Below, one piece after another: positions 58,938-64,000 of a stretch of DNA of 64,000 bases. The stretch is from Deferrisomatales bacterium (GTDB lineage: Bacteria; Desulfobacterota; Deferrisomatia; Deferrisomatales; JACRMM01), in the NCBI GenBank assembly GCA_033551855.1, contig JAWSUI010000013.1:17058-81057 (forward strand), in the 5' to 3' direction. Within the stretch, counting starts at the first letter, position 1, and each line of letters starts with the position of its first letter. The translations under genes were made by a program, and so were the position numbers. The notes under the pieces were generated by a model. It worked only from the letters and a program-made list of their open reading frames with translations. It was not told the DNA's origin and ran no database searches.

Positions 58938-59089
58938 AGCTTCTCCGAGCGGAGTCGAGAAGACAGAGGGAGAGCCCTTCGGCGCCCCCTCTGCCTTCTC
59001 GGTCTACCGGCAGGGCATTTGAGGCCTGCAACAGTCTGACCCTTGGGGGAAAAGGGGAATCCCCCAAGCCTGCCCAATGGCCGCTTCCG

Positions 59090-60271
59090 TCAGTAGAGTG
59101 ACCGGCCGAAATAGCCGACCGGAGGATGCGCTACCTCGGGAGGGAGCGTTCCGACGATCTCGAAGAAGTCCTCTTGGCCCTTCACCTGATCGGGTTGCTT
59201 CACTCGGAGCAGGTACGCCTTGCCCGTTTGGAGGTGGTCCTCCTTGCGGATATGGCCGGGGTTGGCGAAAAAGTCCCGGAAAGTGTGCCCTTCCAGTGCG
59301 CGGATTACCTCCTCGGTTTCTTTGCTGCCCGCCCGCTTCACCGCGTCTAGGTACTGCCAGACCGCGCTATAGACGGCTGCCGCCATGAAGTGCGGCCGCT
59401 CCCCGGTGCGCTGGAGGAAGCGATCGGCGAATTCCCTGGCGCCGGGATTGTCCACCTGCCAGTTCCAGGACGCGGCCGTGTAGTTCCCAGTGAAGGTCTC
59501 GATGCCCGCGCCCTTGATGTCCAACTCGAAGAGGAGGGCGTGCACTGCTTTGACTTCCTCTCTGAGCCCATACTCCACCATGGCTTTGGTGGAGTTGGCT
59601 GCATCCCTCCCGACATTCAGGAGCGCCACTACCTCCGGCTTGGCCCTCCTTGCTTTGAGGATGTATGCGCTGAAATCCGCTGTTCCCTGAGCCACGTTGT
59701 CATTGCCGACGACGGCGCCGCCCTCGTCCTGGATGGCGGCCGTGAAGTATTTCAGGAGGTCGTGACCCCAGGCGTAGTCGGCGGTGATCGTGTACCACTT
59801 CTTGCCGAGATTCTTGGTCGCCCAGCGGCCGGCGGTCGTCGCCAGCATGTAATCGTTGTAGTTCCACTTGAAGGTGTACCGGTTCTTGGCGATGAGGTCC
59901 GTGGTTCCCGCGTCAGAGGCCATGAAGAGCCTCTTGTGGCGCTCGGCCTGATCCGAAACAGCTAGCGCTGCCGCGCTGTTCGGGCAGCCGACGATCACGT
60001 CCACCCCGTCGTTGGCGTACATCTCCTTGGCTCGTTCATTGGCGAGCCCCGGGTTGTACGCGTGGTCCTTGATGACCAGCTCCACGTTGCCGCCGAGCAC
60101 GGGACCGAAATCCTCGACCGCCATCCTTGCGGCCTCGACCGATCCTTTGCCGATGACTCCCAGCGGCCCGGAGAGGACCTCCAAGATTCCGACCTTGACG
60201 GGGTCTGCGGCACTGGCTGTGCCGAGCGCCAGGCTGAGCACACAGGACAAGAGGGCTGCGATCTTCTTCAT
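59090..60271 (-). CDS. Branched-chain amino acid-type ABC substrate-binding protein
   Basis: Signal peptide; TADYAWG; Leu-binding protein-like pattern; position in the liv operon. Confidence 0.88.
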   Translation of the reverse strand: MKKIAALLSCVLSLALGTASAADPVKVGILEVLSGPLGVIGKGSVEAARMAVEDFGPVLGGNVELVIKDHAYNPGLANERAKEMYANDGVDVIVGCPNSAAALAVSDQAERHKRLFMASDAGTTDLIAKNRYTFKWNYNDYMLATTAGRWATKNLGKKWYTITADYAWGHDLLKYFTAAIQDEGGAVVGNDNVAQGTADFSAYILKARRAKPEVVALLNVGRDAANSTKAMVEYGLREEVKAVHALLFELDIKGAGIETFTGNYTAASWNWQVDNPGAREFADRFLQRTGERPHFMAAAVYSAVWQYLDAVKRAGSKETEEVIRALEGHTFRDFFANPGHIRKEDHLQTGKAYLLRVKQPDQVKGQEDFFEIVGTLPPEVAHPPVGYFGRSLY

Positions 60272-60340
60272 GGCGTCTGTCCTCCTTGTGGGAAGAGTTC
60301 CGGTGGCCGCTGTGGCGCGACACTCGAGGCGCTGTCCGCT

Positions 60341-61036
60341 TCAGATCCCCAAGTGGGCCTTCTTCACCTCGTCGTTTGCGAGAAACTCTTCGTTGGTCCC
60401 GCTGTATGCGACTTCCCCGTGGGAAAGGATGTAGTGCCGGTCCGCCACGCGGCACGCACAGGCGGTATTCTGCTCGACGAGGAGGATCGTGATCCCTTCT
60501 CTCTTCATCTCCGAGATGATGTTGACGATCTCTCGTACGAGCAGCGGGGCGAGCCCTTCCGAGGGCTCGTCCAGGAGAACCAGCTCGGCGCGCATCCGCA
60601 GCACGCGGGCGATCGCGAGCATCTGCTGCTCGCCGCCGCTCAACTCGCTGCCCTTGTGGTTTCGCCGCTCCCGAAGTCTTGGGAAGAAGGTGAAGACCTT
60701 GTCCAGGTCCCACCCTCCTCGGGCCCTGCCGAGGGTCGGGATCTTCAGGTTCTCGAGGACCGTGAGGCTCGCGAAGACGCGACGGTCCTCCGGTACGAGG
60801 CCGATGCCCCGCGCCGCAATCTCGTGCGGTTTCAGACCGAGCAGACTGGTGCCTTGAAAGCGGATGGTGCCCCCCGTCGGAGCCAGCAGCCCCGAGACGC
60901 ACTTGATCGTGGTGGTCTTCCCCATCCCGTTGCGGCCGAGGAGCGTGACGAGCTCTCCTCGGGCGACATGGAGGGAGACCCCGCGAAGAACTCGGCTCTC
61001 GTCGTAGGAGGCCTCGAGTCCTTCGATCAGAAGCAT
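60341..61036 (-). CDS. livF: ABC ATP-binding protein
   Basis: GRNGMGKT, LSGGEQQM, DEPSEGLAP. Confidence 0.92.
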   Translation of the reverse strand: MLLIEGLEASYDESRVLRGVSLHVARGELVTLLGRNGMGKTTTIKCVSGLLAPTGGTIRFQGTSLLGLKPHEIAARGIGLVPEDRRVFASLTVLENLKIPTLGRARGGWDLDKVFTFFPRLRERRNHKGSELSGGEQQMLAIARVLRMRAELVLLDEPSEGLAPLLVREIVNIISEMKREGITILLVEQNTACACRVADRHYILSHGEVAYSGTNEEFLANDEVKKAHLGI

Positions 61037-61779
61037 GCTTCGCCTCCCAAGTATGCCTCCTGGACTCGAGCGTCTTGCCGGATGGCTTCCGGGGGGCCCT
61101 GGGCGATGACCTCTCCCTGATGGAGGACGGCGATGGTGCGGGACACGGAGAGAACGAGATCGATGTTGTGCTCCACCAGAACGATGACGGTGGAGGTGGC
61201 GAGGTCCTGGATGAGGCGCACGAGGCGTGAAATCTCGTCCCCCGCCAGGCCCGAGGCCGGCTCGTCCAGGAGAAGGAGCCGCGGTGAGGTTGCCATCGCC
61301 ACGGCAATGTCGAGAATCCGGCGTTCCCCGTGAGAGATCGCCTTCGCCGGCAGGCCCCCCTTCGCACCGAGGGCAACCTGGTCGAGGAGTTGCTCGGCGC
61401 GCTCCTCGAGGTATCGAAGCGTCTTCATGGACCCCAGCAGGCGATAGCTCGCGCGCGTGCTCCTCTGAAGCGCGATCCGCACGTTTTCACGGACCGTGAG
61501 CTCGGGAAAGACGCTCGTGATCTGGAAAGACCGCCCGACGCCGAGGGCCGAAACCCGGTGAGGAGGTCTGCCTGTGATGTCCTCGCCGAGAAAAAAGATC
61601 TTGCCGGACGTCGGGCGGAGGAAGCCGGTCAGCAGGTTGAAGAAGGTCGTCTTCCCGGCGCCGTTCGGGCCGATGATGGAGTGAATCCCCTCCGCCTCGA
61701 TCCCCAGGCTCACCCGGTTGACGGCGACCAGCGCCCCGAACGCCTTCGAGACTTCGTGCGTGTCGAGGATGTTGGCCAC
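61027..61779 (-). CDS. livG: ABC ATP-binding protein
   Basis: GPNGAGKT, LDEPASG, VEH, AYLG. Confidence 0.92.
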   Translation of the reverse strand: MANILDTHEVSKAFGALVAVNRVSLGIEAEGIHSIIGPNGAGKTTFFNLLTGFLRPTSGKIFFLGEDITGRPPHRVSALGVGRSFQITSVFPELTVRENVRIALQRSTRASYRLLGSMKTLRYLEERAEQLLDQVALGAKGGLPAKAISHGERRILDIAVAMATSPRLLLLDEPASGLAGDEISRLVRLIQDLATSTVIVLVEHNIDLVLSVSRTIAVLHQGEVIAQGPPEAIRQDARVQEAYLGGEACF

Positions 61780-61783
61780 GGGA

Positions 61784-62698
61784 TCAGTGCCTCGGGGGAA
61801 GCCCCAGCTGCTCGCGGGCCTCGGCGGGGTTCGCGAGCTCCCGATCGAGCTCTCGCGCGATTCGGACGGCCTTCTCGACCATCTCCGCGTTGCTCTTGGC
61901 CAGCTTGCCGCGGGCCAGGTAGATGTTGTCTTCGAAGCCCACTCGCACGTTGCCGCCCATGATCATGGACGCGGTGACCATCGGCCACTCGTCCAGGCCC
62001 ACGGCGCAGACGGACCAGGGGAGGCCTTCGGGGATGCAACGACGCATGTGTATCAAATTGTCCAGGGTGGCAGGGATCTGCCCGAGGACCCCCATCACCA
62101 GCTGGAAGTAGAGCGGGTCCTCCAACTCGCCGATCTTCCGCAGGAAGAGAGCGTTATTGATCATCCCGACGTCGTAACACTCGAGCTCCGGTTTGATGCC
62201 AAGCTCCTTCATCACCCGTGCCATGTGCTGCATATCGGGGAAGCTCTGAACCATCACGAACTTGAGGAGAAACTCCTTCTTGTTCTCGCTGTAGATGTCG
62301 ATGACGGGAGAGCCGGCGTTGAAGGAGGCGATGTCCGGCTTCGTGGCCGGGTCCCTGCAAAGTTGGGGAAGCACCGATACCCGGCCCTGGACACTTTCCG
62401 TGGGGACTTCCTTGTAGAGCCATTCCCCGTCCACCCGACGTCCGGATCCCCCTGTCGTCACATTGACGATCAGGTCGGTGCGGTCGCGAATTCCGGCCAC
62501 GGCCTCGGCAAAGTACTCCGCACGGTGTTCCGCTTCCCCGGTGTCCGGGTTCCTGGCGTGGATGTGCACGACGGTTGCTCCCGCGTTCCAGGCATCGACG
62601 GCAGCCTGGATCTGCAGTTTGGCATTCTTCGGCAGATAAGGGTTGCTGGCCGGAGACGCTCCCCCGGTAATCGCTGCAGTGACGACCAACCTGTCCAT
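61784..62698 (-). CDS. Beta-keto acid cleavage enzyme (BKACE/Kce, DUF849)
   Basis: TAAITG, VHIHAR, TTGG, PELECYD, VRVGFEDN. Confidence 0.92.
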   Translation of the reverse strand: MDRLVVTAAITGGASPASNPYLPKNAKLQIQAAVDAWNAGATVVHIHARNPDTGEAEHRAEYFAEAVAGIRDRTDLIVNVTTGGSGRRVDGEWLYKEVPTESVQGRVSVLPQLCRDPATKPDIASFNAGSPVIDIYSENKKEFLLKFVMVQSFPDMQHMARVMKELGIKPELECYDVGMINNALFLRKIGELEDPLYFQLVMGVLGQIPATLDNLIHMRRCIPEGLPWSVCAVGLDEWPMVTASMIMGGNVRVGFEDNIYLARGKLAKSNAEMVEKAVRIARELDRELANPAEAREQLGLPPRH

Positions 62699-62755
62699 GG
62701 TGCCTCCCGGTCCGAAACTCGCTGGGCCTCTCAGTCCGGTCCGCCGCAACCCCCG

Positions 62756-63316
62756 TCACTTAGCCGCGTGGATCACGAGGAGGCACTCGGCCTCCGTGTC
62801 TCCGGTGGAGAAGCCGCGGTGGGGAATGCCGGAGTCGAAATAGACGCAGTCGCCCTCGCGCAGATCGTGCTCTTCCTCGCCGTAGAAGAACTTCATCTCG
62901 CCCCGGAGCACCAGCAGCATCTCCTCCCCCTCGTGCTGGAACACCGCCCCCGCAGGGGCAGTCGCCGGGATCTGGATGACGAAGGGCTCCATCTTCTTGG
63001 TGGGCAGCCCCGGGGCCAGCGGTTGGTAGGTGTAGCCATGGTCCGAGGCGCCGCGAGCCACGCTGTTGCGCTCTCCCCGGCGCAGCAGGTTGAACCGGCG
63101 CGGGTTCCTCCCCCCGTCGAACAGGTCGGAAATGTCGACGTCCAGGGCCTTGGCCAGCGTCAGAAGGGTCGCGACGGGCGGCGCCTTCCCGGCATGTTCG
63201 ATCTTGGAAAGGTATCCCTTTGTGAAACCAGTCGCAGCAGCCAGTCGGGGGAGCGTAAAGCCCTTCTCCTCTCTAATTCTCCTAATGTTCGGGCCAATAT
63301 ACTCTTCTCGTATCAT
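62756..63316 (-). CDS. XRE-family regulator with cupin domain
   Basis: HTH (GYLSKIE); HEGEE and GDCVYFDS..PH cupin motifs. Confidence 0.92.
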   Translation of the reverse strand: MIREEYIGPNIRRIREEKGFTLPRLAAATGFTKGYLSKIEHAGKAPPVATLLTLAKALDVDISDLFDGGRNPRRFNLLRRGERNSVARGASDHGYTYQPLAPGLPTKKMEPFVIQIPATAPAGAVFQHEGEEMLLVLRGEMKFFYGEEEHDLREGDCVYFDSGIPHRGFSTGDTEAECLLVIHAAK

Positions 63317-63344
63317 CGGAAATCTCGGCCAAGCGAGGACTCAG

Positions 63345-63389
63345 GTTTCCTCTTCGGAAACTATTAGCGTGCTCAAGGAGGGCTGTCAA
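63345..63389 (-). promoter_or_regulatory. TTGACA element and GTTTCC-N5-GGAAAC palindrome upstream of the XRE-cupin operon
   Basis: Palindrome at 63345-63361; minus-strand TTGACA at 63384-63389. Confidence 0.55.
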
Positions 63390-63823
63390 ACAGAAAATGA
63401 AAAGGCGTGCAGCGGGCAAGTCGCAGACACGGGCGGGAGAGGCCGGGGACCCTCGTCATCCCCTCCCGGATGGGCGACCCCAGGCGTTTGTCCTGGAGCA
63501 ACCGCATTTGTGCGGAGTTCTCTAGCACTTCCTCGCCTCGCCTTGATATTTCGGGGTCCATCCGTGCGAGCTGTCGCCGGCACAGGCGTCCGGCGGAGAA
63601 CAAAGTGGGTATCCCCATCGACCGCGCTCCGCAGCCTGCGCCCCGGGCCCTCCCTGGAACACCCGCACGGGGACCGAGAACGCCGACGGTGGGCCATTGC
63701 CCTGCACGACCTGCCCGGCCGCAGCGCGACGCCCGTGCCGCGCTGCGGCGATGAAGAGGCAGTGTCGGTCGTGGTCCTGCTGTATCACGTGCTCGAACCC
63801 GGCGGGCGAGTCGGAGAACCGCC

Positions 63824-63942
63824 ATGAATGAGCGCGTGCTCCCGGCTCTGTCCGGCCTCAAGTACCATTCCTTCACTCCCGGCCTGCCCCCGGAGGCTCT
63901 CTGCCGATCCCCGGGGTCGAGTCGTTCGCCCATCGGGTCTAG
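63824..63942 (+). pseudogene. Remnant of a transposon-associated ExeA-like AAA ATPase
   Basis: MNERVLPALSGLKYHSFTPGLPPEAL..PG, frameshift, VESFAHRV*; resembles recalled N-termini of the type LxGLKxNPFxPxxPxEAL..ESF. Confidence 0.4.
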
Positions 63943-63945
63943 CCT

Positions 63946-64000
63946 CAATACTGTTCACTTAGAAGCCATTCTGTGTCATCCTTTCCGCACACCCGCAGGA
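63946..64000. mobile_element. Possible IS terminus (IS4-like), remainder outside the window
   Basis: Abrupt AT-rich CAATACTGTTCACTTAG right after the truncated ATPase remnant; partner end not visible. Confidence 0.3.

Noticed and set aside
1..64000. CRISPR array, rRNA, tRNA, prophage or defence system
   Set aside because: No regularly spaced repeats, RNA-gene signatures or such protein motifs were seen by eye

Overview
GC-rich chromosomal segment, most likely from an anaerobic deltaproteobacterium (Desulfobacterota-like; inferred from the Sec-MvhD, split glutamate synthase and Rex). There are three zones. (1) 1-13.9 kb is an accessory region: Pat-type acyl-CoA ligase/GNAT, rhodanese, cardiolipin synthase, VOC protein, a DUF2845-like pseudogene split by a 184-bp MITE, a PAS kinase with a degenerate ATPase domain, an internally deleted gene, an AT-richer ferredoxin/selenocysteine-MvhD/GNAT cassette, an aldolase, a CMD protein, an MFS transporter and a small triple CxxC..C protein. 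(2) 13.9-39.9 kb is core genome: a three-gene glutamate synthase with a sigma54 promoter and three enhancer-like palindromes, rpmE-thyX-prfA-prmC-murA-hisGDBHAFE, rex, glycosyltransferase, response regulator, deoxynucleoside kinase, trmFO, HD protein, a catalytically divergent transketolase, yifB and rsmI. (3) 40-64 kb is a catabolic island with two modules, ending in transposon remnants. Module A is GntR/TRAP with divergent hyuA-hyuB-sucD-[CoA-transferase homolog lacking the catalytic Glu]-sucC-[alpha/beta hydrolase with a His elbow]-maleate-isomerase-like-PreA-like. Module B is XRE-cupin, BKACE, liv-type ABC and two dehydrogenases. The best candidate for an undescribed system is module A, a putative anaerobic N-heterocycle/lactam degradation pathway built from enzymes with altered active sites. 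No rRNA, tRNA or CRISPR array was seen. All family assignments come from motif recognition by eye; no searches were run.
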